From Bigelowiella natans CCMP2755 (lineage: Eukaryota; Protista; Cercozoa): a stretch of 55,715 nucleotides of DNA. A model generated the notes under the pieces. It was given only the letters and a program-made list of their open reading frames with translations, did not search any database and was not told where the DNA came from. This document shows positions 13,880 to 27,589 of this stretch, one piece after another. The position numbers and the translations under genes are program-made. The stretch is from the NCBI GenBank assembly GCA_000320545.1, contig ADNK01003516.1:1-55715 (forward strand), read 5' to 3'. Position 1 is the first letter of the stretch; every line of letters begins with the position of its first letter.

Positions 13880-14729
13880 AATACGATTGTCTTCTAACAG
13901 TGCTAACAACTGCCTTATCTTACTACAACTACTACTACTACAAAGAATGATCCATTTTGAGGACGTAATTGTCGTCATCGTCGTCGTCATCATCATCACA
14001 TCATCACGCTACTACGTAGGAAGCGATAGATAAACTAGGAGCTTGTGCAAAGTTCGGAGGTCTGCGTCTGGAATACAATTTTGCATTAGACTACCATCCA
14101 TTTAATTCCAAAGAGATTTTGGAGAACCACAACGTGTTAGCTGTGCTGAAGAGAGCTTTGGGCGACGATAATACGACCTCTTCCAACAAAGCAGCAGAAA
14201 TGGAAGATGAAAATGATGACAGTAAGCTTGCTGCTGCAACTACGATTAAGTTGCTCAGAATAGGAGCCATTCGGGTACTATAAACTGTAATAATAAAAAG
14301 TAGTACGTACTAGTATTTGGGGTTCAAACTACTTATTATATTCATCAGGAGAAAATCGTCCTTCTTACTACTACTACTACTACTACTACTAATACTAATA
14401 CTACTACTAATAATAATGATAATACCTCTTCTGTGAATTATTCCATCTCAGTCGCTTCCAGAGTGTGATCCTCAGCCAATGCATAGAGACGGTACAGTAG
14501 TAGTGGAAGTAGTAGTAGTTGTAGTAGTAAAAGCAGGAGGAGTAGGAGCAGTAGTAGTAGTAGTTGTAGTAGTAGTAGTAGTAAAAGAGCAGCAGCAGCA
14601 GCAGCAATAGTAGTAGTAGTAGTAGTAGTTGGGATTGTCGTGTTGGTTCAGTGGTAGTAGTAGTGTTGGAGAACAGACGTTGGTCTTTTTCTGCTCAGTA
14701 GTCAATGACGATAGGTTGCCACCAGCACA

Positions 14730-14763
<34 letters not shown>

Positions 14764-16009
14764 GTCATATTACTATCATCAACAAATTATCAGGCCAACA
14801 TCTTTTCCAACGAGAAGTAAAACAGTATCTTCCTCCTCATGCTCTTCATTTGTGGATTCCTCTTACAAGTACTTCTAATTGTAGTTATAGTAGTAGTAGA
14901 TAAATTGTCCTCATGCTTTTCATTTGTGGATTTACCTCACAAGCATTACTACTACTACTAGTAATAGTAGTAGTAGATAGTAGCAGTAGTAGTAGTCCCA
15001 GTTGTGTAGTAGGAGCATTGCTTTTCTGAAAGAAACAAAAAAGAGTAGTAATAGTAGCTTCTTTATTGGTAGTAGCGGCTTGTTGTAGCAGTTTGATCGA
15101 GATAGACCAATTTTTATCCCCGTTGATGCTCGCCTAATACCTCCTTCTTCTTCTTCTTCTTCTTCTTCTCATGTATTAGCTTACACAAAGCAGACAGGTG
15201 CCACTATATTTGCAGCTGGTAAGTAGTAAATATTCACTAGTACCACGGTATAACACACCAAATTTAGCAAGCAGCTGAATAAATCATTATTATTCTGAGG
15301 AACGTAGTAGTAGTAGTAGTAGTAGTGGTAATAATAAGACCTCATCCTCCTCCTCCTCCTCCTCCTCCTCCTCCTCCTATGATTATGATTATCAACCCCT
15401 CTGGTGACAATTGCAGGGACTCATCGAATAATTGGAGACTGGGATCTTATTAAAAAGAAGATTGGAATCATGCCGTCGGGGATAAAATGTCAGCAGCCTG
15501 AGGTAGGAAGTCATCAAGACAGCTCACTGCTAGTAGTAGTAGTGGTAGTAGTAAACACATGGCTGCTCACAATCACATTACTCACTGCAGTAGCAGTAGC
15601 AGGAGCAACAACCACTGACTCAGACACACGCATCCTCACATTGAGGAGGAAGTTGATAATTCCTACTACTACTACTACTACTACTACTACTATTTCTACT
15701 ACTCAGGTAGACTTGGGTTCTGCAATTATATTTGACGATAGGATTTTCCATCAGGGTCATCATTATCATTTTTATCGATAATTACAATTGATATTCACCT
15801 ACTATTGATAATTCATCCACTTATTACTGTTATTATCATCATCATCATCATCATCAGGTGCAATTAATTCTTCTCAGAGTCCGAGAACATGTGTATTCTT
15901 TAGCTTCGCTCGCGGGTGGTTCACAGATGGAGTTGCATCAGAAGCTCATCCAGGCCCGAGGTGGGCAAATGACTCACGTGTGCAAACTTGCTGGCAGGAA
16001 ATTGAATGA
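13059..16009 (+). CDS. Phytanoyl-CoA dioxygenase (PhyH)-family 2OG-Fe(II) dioxygenase, multi-exon
   Basis: Spliced motifs: ELDQYGFTIL, PQPMHRDG (HxD, ~14470-14490), HALHLWIPL, GATIFAAG|THR, GSAIIFDDRIFHQG (distal His, ~15720-15755) and AINSSQSPRTCVFFSFARGWFTD. Stop TGA at 16007-16009. Confidence 0.88.
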
Positions 16010-16399
16010 TAATGACAGCAAAGAAGCCATTGATGACAGCAGTAAATTGAATGAAAGTAATTGCTGATTCGATGTTACAAGTCGGAATTAATAGAAATCA
16101 TCTGGAAGTCAACATGACCCATCATCACCCAAACATACATCTCAGTGAATTGCAGCAAGCAAGTTCTCTCACATTATTGTGCGTTCAGTTCATTTCATCA
16201 AAACAGTGGATGTTGTTGGATGTCATGCATAAGGGATGTGAGTGGTTTTCAATACGAAAGGAAGTGCAAAATTACTCTGTTGCAGGTCAAAGCTGGTGTG
16301 TTGTATCCCCCATTAAATTTGTGACACGTCGTATGCTCGCAGATCACACTTCTAGACTTACAACCCACACTTATTCTATTGTTTATATAGCGACACGCT

Positions 16400-16890
16400 G
16401 CGCTTGCGCTTGCTTCAACATTTTTGTCAGTTTGCACAAGTCGTCACTCTCGCACTATCGCGACGCGATCACAGTCTAGCAGTGCTCATTGCAAAAGCGC
16501 CACAGCTACATCAATAGCCGCTGGCTCTTGCATTTATTAGCTCTAGAACTTTGTGACTCTAGCTACATGGACTCATGCTAGCATGTGTGCGTAAATTGAA
16601 TTTCACGGCACAGCATGCTAGCATGGTCCATGCACATGTGTGCGTTATGCGTGCATCGCCATTGACTGATGCATGTCGAGTTTGTGTGCAATGATTGCAA
16701 ATGCTGAAATGATGGAAACGTCCATGTACATCATCGCTTCTAATTGGAGATCGCTCTACACATACTCGTAGATTTGCGGACAAAACACTAGTCTCGTCAG
16801 TTAGGAATTTAACAACATCTAGACATGATGCACCGTCCTCTCTATTAATGAGCACTGAGCAACTGATGAAAGTCACAGCATCGCAAATCT
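16400..16890. other. CATG/TGCA/CTAG-rich intergenic block at a convergent gene junction
   Basis: CATGCTAGCATG at 16574-16585 and 16614-16625; residual atcgcgacgcgatc near 16458. Confidence 0.7.
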
Positions 16891-16892
16891 GT

Positions 16893-17783
16893 TCAACGGT
16901 AATACTTGGGACAAGAAGGTTTTGAAAGTTTCCAAGCAGCATCAAATGCATTCACGACGCGCTTATCCAACGGTTTCGCATTCTGAAAAATATAGAAACT
17001 CACTTTTTGGAAATTTACTCATCACCACATTGTCAATAATGGGGACTTTCAAAGCTGCTGCCGATTTCATAGTATCTCGTCAGTTGACGTGTTTCTTTGA
17101 TTTGGTGTATCATTATCTCCCCATGAGAACAGCTTACCTATGCCAATCCTTTTACTACCTACCTACCTCTCGCTAGGATTTGCATTTAGTGTTGTGCTGA
17201 AAGTGACTACGGAATATCTATATAATTCATACTACCTTGAGAGATTTTACATTTTCAGAGAAATGCTTCATTTTCGATGCACCGATAATTACTCCGTCAC
17301 CTCCATCAGCGGACTAAGATTTAAGGATTACAATTTATATCGATAAATATAGATAATAGATGTGGTTTATTATAATAAATGGTGAGGACTACTACTACTA
17401 CCATGGATGTTGATGTCTTCGATAGGAGGAAGTAATGTCATGTACAGAGAGAAGTATAGATAATAGATATGGTTTATTAAAATAAATGGTATGTCTGCGA
17501 GGATAGGAGGGAGAAATGTCATGTACAGAGAGTAATAGGAGTACTTATCTTCTTTTTCTTCTTCTTCTTGTTGTTGTTGTGTGCAGAACAAGTGGAGATG
17601 CGGTTAGATGATGTCATGAACGATAAATTCTTTCTGCTTATTATTTACGAGTTTGGAGTGATGGATAAGCCATCTCATGGTCGCATCAACCAGAGAAACC
17701 TTGAAGAAGAGTATGCATGATATCATAACAACTGTTCAACAAGACTACTCAAACAACAACTATCCCTTTATGTTGTCCTACTG

Positions 17784-17819
<36 letters not shown>

Positions 17820-18722
17820 ATATAGTTACCTTTCCTTCTCCATAAGAATCTGCAAGAGCAATCTTCACCAGCTCTATTCCTTCAAAATTGGGTTTATTCC
17901 AAAACCTGTAGTAAGACACACAACTCAGCACATTGCAATTAACTTCACGGTGGCAATCAAGCAAATGCCGTTGCTGCTGCTGGCATTAACCACAACGATG
18001 ACGACGGCTACTGCTATTACTACTATTCAGATAAACATGGTCATAATACCCCTCCAACCCTACATGATATAAGATCTTTATCATCTGCATATTAATATTG
18101 ATCACCTGTCACGATAGGCGGAGGCCCATCGGCCACCGACTCCGTTGAATCTTCCCTTTGGAACGGTTTTTGGAAGCTCAGAAGAATCTTTGTCCACATA
18201 GCTTTAGAAGGAGCAACAACCATCATTTATGAATATCATGATTACACAAGAACGATTATAATAAATGATAATGGTTATCACGATTATGATGATAATAGTA
18301 ACCACGATTATTACCTGTACTTCCCTGAAAGCAGACCTCCTGCAAGTGGGTTGTAAGCGTAGAACACCTTGTTGTCGTGAAAACACAATTACTAGTAGTC
18401 TAATACTCACAAGGATCTCGCACATCCACTACCTATTACTAACACAAAAAGAGTAAAGTTGTACAACTTACCATCTTAAGGTGGCGAAGACATGGAAATA
18501 ACTCTCCCTTCCGATGACGATGAACATATTGGTGGATGTTGTGAAATGGTAGTAGAATAGTAGTAGTAGAATAGTAGTAGTAGTAGTAGTAATAGTAGTA
18601 GTAATAGTAGTGAGAAGATCAACCAGTATAAATCATGGTGATTAAATGTTAATAACCAAGCATTGAATGATATTGATGGATCATCGTAGGTAGTGATGAT
18701 GATTTTTAACAAATACGATCAA

Positions 18723-18753
<31 letters not shown>

Positions 18754-18932
18754 CTTCTTCTACTACTACAACTACTACTACATCTACTCCTCCTCCTCAT
18801 CATCATCATTGCTATCTTCAAAGTAGTAAAACCAGTAAAATGAGGCCACCACCACCACATCAGTAAGTCGTAGTATTTGTAACAAAAACATCATCAAAAC
18901 ATCGTGATCACTACTACCACAGACGCAGCAGC

Positions 18933-18963
<31 letters not shown>

Positions 18964-20812
18964 AAAACAAATAAAAACTTTTGCGTCTTCTTCTTCTTCT
19001 TTGGATACTTGTTCTTCTTCTTCTTCTTTTCTTCTTTCTATGGTGTGTTATTATTATTAGTAACAATCAGTAGTACCTCCACCATTCTGGTGATTGGATT
19101 ATACATTCCTTCTGATAGAGACACACCACCATTATTATATAATAATGATAACAGCAATTACAACAAAAAGAAGAACGGAAAAACAAAAAGGGAACAAGGT
19201 GAGTGATGCACCTCTATAATATAGAATCGCGAAGAAAGAAAGAAACAAAGAAAAAAAGAAAGAAAATGGTAAAAGTAGAGTACAATAATATGTCACAATC
19301 TTCTTCTTCTTCTTCTTCTTTTTTTTCCAAACAAAAAGATGTAAGAGGGGAAGGATAATAACAGCAATGACGATATATTATTACGGTAGACTGACGGCAG
19401 AACATAGGCTTTTTCCCGACAAATGGAATAGATCTCCATGACCTATTTTGCCACCACCACCATCATCATCATTATCATCATCATCATCATCATCATAGTT
19501 GTAATAATCAACATCTTCCACCACCTACTACTAAGATTTGCAAGAGGATACAATTAATGGACCCATCATCACAATTTGATTCATATGACTATCATCATCA
19601 TCATTGCTATAATTATTGTACCTGCCATGATGCGTAGTTTGATAATCCAAACCTGTAACAATGGTGATGTAGAGGATAATATAATGTGTTTAATTGTATA
19701 AATGGGAGGATAATATAAAGATAATTGAATAAATGAGCTCTTCTTATATAAAGATATGATTCATTTCCTCAATTATTTACGTACGTATTGGTACTACCGA
19801 ACGAATTTCTTCTCCTAAGCGTATAAGAACATAGAAGTATAGTAGAAAGAGAAGAAGAAGAAGAACATGAAGAGGAAATGGCGGTGCAGCAGCATCAGTC
19901 AGGACGGATGATAGAAGGGAAAAGGATGATCATACTAGCTAGGATTATTACTTCTTCCGAAAAAAAGAGCTTAGAGGTGATGATATTTAATTTATCAATT
20001 AATCACAAGAAAAGCACAAGAAGATGTAGCTAGTTGGGTACCTGCTTGACATTAGTAGTGGTAGTAGTAGTAGTGGTAGCAGTAGTAGTAGCAGCAGGAG
20101 TAGATCATCATCATCATCATCATCTTCTTCTTCTTCTACTACTACTACCTTGTGGAGGTCGTTGATAGCCTTAAGAGAGACGTTGATGTCAGTTTCATGG
20201 TCAGGCATGTGTAGATATAGAATATCCACACACTTTGTACCCAAACGCTCCAGCGAAAGGTGAAATTGTTGGCGGATACTTTATATTTCACACAACAGAC
20301 AGCAAATGAGATTAACCACAACGTGTTAGATAGAGTAGCTTCCTGCTACCACCTTGCTTCTGTTAGCGAGTTGGAACCTATAGGATTCACCTAATGGACA
20401 AGCAAGAGTTTTGGTCCGAATTCTACCGTGAAAACATCGTGGAAGGATCTGCCCTACGACGGTTTCCAGCAAGAACCACCCACGGAATAGGTAATAATAT
20501 TGATAAAAATGAGAAGAGCACTCCACATGGGTGACGAGCATACTATGAGGACGATGATCTTCAGGCGACTATGAGCACAAGGAGCAGCAGCAGCACTAGT
20601 GGCAGTAGTAGTAGAAGTAGTAGCAGCACTGCGTAGCAATGTTACCTTGGTAGCTATGTGAACCGCCTCGTTTGTACCCATCTTTATCTCTCCTGCAGTA
20701 TTATTATTATTATTAGTATTAGTATTAGTAGTATTATTTTCTACCATCATTGTTACGGAGGAGTATGTGTATGCATGCACTTGCGTCATTGTGTGATTGT
20801 GATTGTGATTGT

Positions 20813-20846
<34 letters not shown>

Positions 20847-21615
20847 AGTGCTTTAGAGTTGTTTATGAATTGCTACACCCACCGAGGATTTTCTCTGTTT
20901 TTCCTCCGCAGTACCTGAGTATTAGCTACTATTTTCGATGTGTCGCTGTTCAAACACGAGGAAAGTGCTACTACTACATACTCGTCGGGTAGCGTAATTT
21001 TAATAAGTTTATCTTAATAGAGTCCTTAACTTACATGATCGCGGTATCTAAGTCCGAATAGCCCTCCTCCATAAAGTTCTAAGAGACAATAATGTCACAT
21101 GCATCATATCAATGCTCAGTATCACAATCGTGTCGTAAATAGCTAATATAAATACTACTTCTTAAGATACATCGTACAATACAGTAGTATATCTAACTGT
21201 GGGAGAATAAGCATAATCCTTTTTAGATACAAAAATATGGCCAACCTGGATCATCTCAAGACTCTGCTTTGAGTCAACGCCTCTTCCCATCTCCATCGTA
21301 CCCAAAATGACCTGGACATCATGACGTTATTGATGATTAATTGGATGTTGCTACTAGTGATTATTCTGGAGGTCATTTTAGTGATGATGACGACGACGAC
21401 GACGACGAAGACAATGATGATAATGATGATGATGAAGATTCATGATGAAGATTGCACTAATCTGTCCTCCTCAACAACATAAGTGCGTCGTTCATTTATG
21501 CAGCAGCTACAGCAGCAGCAGCAGCAGCAGCAGATTCATCAAAATTGAATGATGTTACATCATAGCAGTAGATAGATAGGCATCATGTGATTACCTTCAT
21601 CAGCTTTGTGCTCAT
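16893..21615 (-). CDS. AKR7A: Aflatoxin B1 aldehyde reductase-like aldo-keto reductase (AKR7 family), multi-exon
   Basis: MSTKLMK|VILGTMEMGR, YSDLDTAIMY, HIATK, CVDILYLHMPDH, FGLSNYASWQ, GMYNPITR, YNPLAGGLLSGK, DGVIIGASKMKH and the C-terminal VVNAFDAAWKLSKPSCPKYYR* all match the AKR7A pattern. Confidence 0.92.
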
Positions 21616-21975
21616 ATTGTGTTATCTCCTCTAGTATTCTGAATATAAATGAAAGCTCAGTTTTGTTGCTTATCTTTAACTGATCACCCCCCACCCCCCC
21701 ACCGTAGCCGCAGTGCTCGTATCGCAATTTCGTAAAGAAATTCCCCTGTAACCCTAAGATGCGACAAGGTAATTCATTGTCGCAAATACCAACTTGATGA
21801 CACTGAGCTTGTGCGAGTATCATCTTAGTATGGCAGCTGTTGTATCTTGTCGTAAGTTGGAAAATGAGTCCAATTTTCAATTACGACAGTGGATATCTCA
21901 GATATTCAACCCAAGAACTACCTGCAACCCCCCCCCAAACCCGTATTCCGGTAGCTGCTAAATCGCGCAGCTGTG

Positions 21976-22519
21976 ATGAGATCAACAGCAAAAGCCAGAC
22001 ACGACAGAGGCGTAGAGTGGCCTCTAATTTTGTCGTGTCTTTTGAGCAAATCAAACAAAGATAACAGCAAGAAGGTGCTACGATAACAATTCGCAAAGCA
22101 CAGCCGTCGACGTCGTCGTTATCGCGTAGTCGTCATTGTTCTCCAGATTATTGGTGCAAACTGTTTCTCCTCTTAATGAATACTTCTGATTAATGATAGA
22201 AAATATCAACTACGAAAACTTCGAAAGCTGCTCTAATCCATGGTTATCTGGCATTGAAAGAAGCTACCAACTCCATGGAAGAAGCAGACGCAGCTATCAA
22301 AATTCTGAAGGATGAAACAGAATGGCGACAAAATTATGCAACTCACTTTTTGAAGCACGTAAAAATTTGTGCTGAGGCAGAGCCCCGTGATGCGGTGAGA
22401 TATTGGGGAGGAGTGATGAGTTTTAATTCTTGCAAGAAAGCAACGAGTGATTATTTCTTCTTTATTCCCATACCTCTTGCAATATTCTCAACGAACACAA
22501 ACAACAACTTGTACATACA

Positions 22520-22559
<40 letters not shown>

Positions 22560-23675
22560 GATGTGTAACTGATGAATGTGTTATTTTTGAATTTGACCTG
22601 GTGTAATTCTTGATAAATCTCTATTTTCAGCTTAAGATGGCAAGTGGTGGTCTGCAGTACCTGCACACTACGTTTCAGTTTATTCGAAATGGCCAAGCAT
22701 ACTCCCTCTCAACGCCCATGTCAGAAATTCCAAGGGATCCTCGAAGGGATTTAAAATCTAGAGAAATTAATAATGACGAAAGCACTTCGCATAAAAATAA
22801 TAATAAGAGAAGTTGGAGAGATCGTGGACACCAAGAGCTTCAGCTCCGCATTCCTATGGGGAACAATAAATATTTGAAAGATAAATCCCTCGAGGAGAGG
22901 CTGCAATGTACTTACCAAACACCGTTAATGCTGCATTATGTCGTGAAAAATGGTTGTCCTTATTTTATCGATATATTTTAAAATCTACTACTACATTTAA
23001 CTACTACGACGTAGATTGGTCTAAGGTTGGTATTATCGAAGATTCTGCAGCAGATGCATTAAGGTAATAATACCGCAGTATTACTATTGATATTAGTGCT
23101 CGTTATATAGATTTGCTGTAACACATGCATGCTTAATCCATCGGCAGTATTCCACGACTACTCATAATAATATCTAACAACGTTTTCTGTTACTCCTGCT
23201 CCTCTAGGTTTTCTATCAAGTTCATCAACGCTGGCAAAGACGATGGAAGAAAAGAAGATCTTAAGAAGAACTACCAGGGAGAAGAAGAAGAAGAAGACCA
23301 CAAGTATACCAGTTGGCAAGCAAAAAAAGACTCTCATGCCTTTGTGGTACTACTGAATCTTTTACATCATTTAATATAGAAGCCAATCTATCCACCATTA
23401 TGTCATTGTAAATATGTCATATACACTACACGACAACACTTGGTTCAAATTTGCTTGTGCAGTAGTAGTAGTAGTAGCAGCAGCAGCAGTATCAAAAGCA
23501 GCACAGATAGTAATGTTTTATGAGTCGCATACTACTCCTACTGTTGGTATTTCAACTTATCATTATAATTATACATTACTAGAATTTACGACTTATTATT
23601 GACAACTATCATTCTTATACATTACTTGAATTTACGACTTATTACTGACAACTATTATTATTGATCCCCTCCTAC

Positions 23676-23709
<34 letters not shown>

Positions 23710-23866
23710 CGTCTTTTTCTTCTTATTCTTATTCTTATTCTTCTTCTTCCTGTATTGTGATGATCGTTAATTGCTTGCTTCAATTATTATTAATTAATTA
23801 ATTATTATTATTAGGTGTTAGGGGCAGGAGCTGCGATTGGACCTACGAAACAGCTGTTATTGCTGG

Positions 23867-23910
<44 letters not shown>

Positions 23911-25650
23911 TATTTATCTTTAGAGCTGAGTGGGCAGAGATCAATAAATGCAATATAAACCAAGTTTATTCATTCCTCACACTACTACGATTTGGATTTC
24001 CGTTAATCACAACCTTCTGAAGGGGAAAGACGGTGTACATGTCATCATCCATTCTCCTTTTCCCTTCATCATAAGTAATGATTATCAATTCTTTTATCTT
24101 GTAATCTTCTCACCTCTTGGGAAATTTTCCTCCTCCTCCTCCTCCTCATCTCTTCACTATTATTTCACAAGGGCTACCGTTGTAGCTGTAGATCTAAATA
24201 ACAAGCCAAAAATGTGGGAAAACTTGATAAGCTTCGCACGGAAGACCCCCGGAAGGCTTATAGTACCTGAAAGGGGGATGATGATGACGACGTCAGCACA
24301 CGAAGGAGGAGGAGAATCATATCATGGTCGTCGTCAGAAGAGCTATGCTCGCTACGGAGCTAACTTGCTCACAGATATACCGGAAATCGCCCATTGGCTG
24401 GTTGGTGGTCAAAGAATATGATGATGATGATGATGATGATGATATTATTTGCCGTCAGTTGTTCACTACTAAATCTTACTACTACTAACTCTCCTCCTCA
24501 AACGTCAATGTCAGTCGGTTAGTAGAAATAGTATATCATCCACTTTTGAGGCATATTATATAATATATGATATCATTATCGATATTATCATCCTCATATG
24601 AAGAATCAAAATAATAGAATACTAATAACCTGACCAATTATCATGATAATAAGGCACACAGCGTATGCCCTGGTATTGACTTAACACTCGGGTCATACGC
24701 ATATCTGGATGGAAAAGACTTTGTAATGATGATCTAATCTAGTAGCAACAGAATTAGGGTAAATGTATTTACAGCAGCGTCGTTATATCCGTTGTAGGTT
24801 CGTATTGTGCTAGCAATGGATGCTATATGCAATCACGTGCTCACACATCGGAAATCAAGTACTAGTAACAACACAACAATATTTAAAGTCATCATCGTCT
24901 ATCCTATGTTTTGGGCGAGTAGTTATCTATCTCATTGGATCGTAAAATGATAATACTAGCTTCTCCAACCCCTCCCCCTCCCCCCCCTCCTCCTTCTCCT
25001 CATCACCATCATCATCACCACGCTCCTCTTCCTCCTCTTCCTTAATAATAGGTGGTGCAATCTATGTATTTAATTATCTACATCCGTAGGCAGGGTTAAC
25101 TTAGCATTACTTGTTATTATCTACATCCATAGGCAGAGTTAACTTAGCATTCCTCGCTTCTCCTTCCGATATCTACTTAAGATCAAGAAAGTAGTAGTAG
25201 CAACAGTAGTAATAGGAGGAGCACCACTTGCGTAGATAAAGAACAAGAAGATGAAAAGAAGAAAATCATGTTGAATATTTTCCTACCCTCCTCCTCCCTC
25301 CTCCTTCTTTATATCAACTTCCTCCCTGGACAAATAGATCACGGGATATGTCAGTGAAGAGGTACAAAGACAGAGAGACTTGGGTGAAAGTCATTGAAAA
25401 AGTGAGCGCTGGGGTACTATTTCTTCATTTACTCTTCATCTACAGATGATGACTAAATTGATGATGACGATGATGATGCTGATTGGTACTTCGTGATCTC
25501 CACGGTGCTGCTAGTGCTGCTGGAAATAATATGATGAAAAATTATAAATAATAGGCCTACTGCAAGCCAAATATAACGGGACCTTTGATTCAAGATAAAG
25601 AATTTGATGTGGTGGGTATACATACAAGTGAGCTGTTCGACATATGGTGA

Positions 25651-25681
<31 letters not shown>

Positions 25682-26140
25682 CTCAATAGTGATGATATCA
25701 ATAAGGTTGATGCTAATATTATCAAATGATTATGATGATAGTTATAGTTGGAATTCTTGTTATTGTGTTAATTTATTAGCCCTATTGCTACATAAAACTG
25801 GTTATTTTTTTAATTTGTCGTCTTTATTATTAGGTCGATGCTTCAGTACCGCAGCAAGGTATGGAAGTGCACATACCCGTACATTTGTGTGTGACTTCGT
25901 ACCAAATTGAAGAACATCACAATAAGAAGAGCAAGGAGCACAAATAGCATTACAACGACGCCTCGACGACACTATCAACAAAAACAACAACATTTATTAG
26001 TACTCCTACACAACTAGATCTATTCCACATACTGGATGGATAAACAAATAGGTCCAAATTATTTGCTGGCGAAACGGATTCAACAATGGAGGGCAATTGT
26101 TGCTAGGAGCAAAGGTGAAAAAATAGAAGGAAGGAAGATA

Positions 26141-26172
<32 letters not shown>

Positions 26173-27024
26173 AATGACGTTGATGATACGGGAATGAAAA
26201 CGACGACAAAACAAAAAAACTATCAGGAACTATCATAGTGCCAGTGCTATCAGTTCTTGCACGGCCTTTCTTCTTCTTCTTCTTCTTCTTCTTCTTCACG
26301 CTATTTATCTATCTGTAACATATCACTAGTACTTACTGATTGACTTTGGGATCTAGGTATTCGTGTTTCTATCAATATTGCACCTGCATCTGCCACAGAG
26401 TCAGTCACAAAGGTGCACATGTGCTACATATCTAGATATATGCGATTAAACCTATATACACGTGTGCGTATAATAGTCATCAATATGAAGAAAACGACAA
26501 AGTAACAAGATATAATGCGCCAAGATTTTGTATGCAGAATATGCTAACATTGAGTAAGTGAATCAATCCTCTTACTGTTGTTGCTTTATCACTTCATCAC
26601 TCAGAATCCCGTGTTACGTGCTGCATATGCCGGTGTTTCGTTTTTCCCTCCGACAGAGGTACTGAAGAATCGATATTTCATTGGATCATCTTCGCAATCT
26701 TCACTTCGAATTAAGTATTGTTTTTAACACGTACAGGTTTTTCACCCTACAACAACAAATTCAGTGATGGCAGCAGCTCTGCTCAGAGATATTTTTGACG
26801 AAGATTCCCCTTCGAATCCATCGAAGAAATTGGAGCATCCATTGCTTTTGATATCGGAAGGTGCGTGGCACGGCGGACTCTGGACTACCGCTGTCAGCAA
26901 TAAAAGCAGCGCAGTTGTATCAGCGGGTTTAGGCTTTGTTAAAGAGAAATCACAATATCTCAAACTTGGCGCTGCATTGGGTACAGGATACCTACTGATG
27001 AGAAAGATCAAGTCTAAGTTGTAG
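21976..27024 (+). CDS. Uncharacterised Rossmann-like protein of a conserved hypothetical family, C-terminal PTS1 (SKL)
   Basis: Spliced motifs: GVEWP..|KISTT, EWRQNY, VLGAGAAIGP, ATVVAVDL, GANLLTDIPEIAHWL, LGSYAYLDG, LAFLASPSDIY, IGPNYLLAKRIQQWRA, VSINIAPASATESV and GAWHGGLW; ends KIKSKL*. Confidence 0.8.
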
Positions 27025-27169
27025 TGACGTTCTCAAAGCTGTTGCCATATTCATTGACCGCGGTGGTGCTTGTACGACCTCGGTAATTTCAGAAAAATGA
27101 GATGCGATTCGAAAAATGAGACTGGAAGAGATAGCTAGATGGGTGCGACAAATCGCAAGCTTGTGAAGT

Positions 27170-27560
27170 GCTACCAACTTGTCTTGATGTGAACAACATG
27201 ATGTTGCATTTCGTACTCCAGGGTTCATCATTGTTTCATGCGATCATTGTTGGAAAAATTGAGTTTAGTTGGCTGCGCTAGTGTCATGTCATGGGCTCTG
27301 CAAGTCTGACTATGCGGCGCGACTCGATCGGTGTGCGACGCACATAAAAGCTGCGTTCATTAGCTTTTTGGTCGTCCTGTCAACTAGTCAACAATGTCAA
27401 CTCTGATGCGATGTGCATTGTTGTTTCATCTTCGGGACAGATATACTACTCATTTGCCCTTCAGCAAAGAAGATGCATGTGCACATGCTTCATTATGTGT
27501 ATGTGCACACACATGGATGCACATGTGAAATAACAACGCGGTCGAACACAAGCACAACGT
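27170..27560. other. CATG/TGCA-rich intergenic block at a convergent gene junction
   Basis: gatgcatgtgcacatgc, gtgcacacacatggatgcacatgtg and a residual CpG core gcggcgcgactcgatcggtgtgcgacgc near 27314. Confidence 0.55.
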
Positions 27561-27589
27561 GTAATGTGATTTTTACGCTAATGACTATC

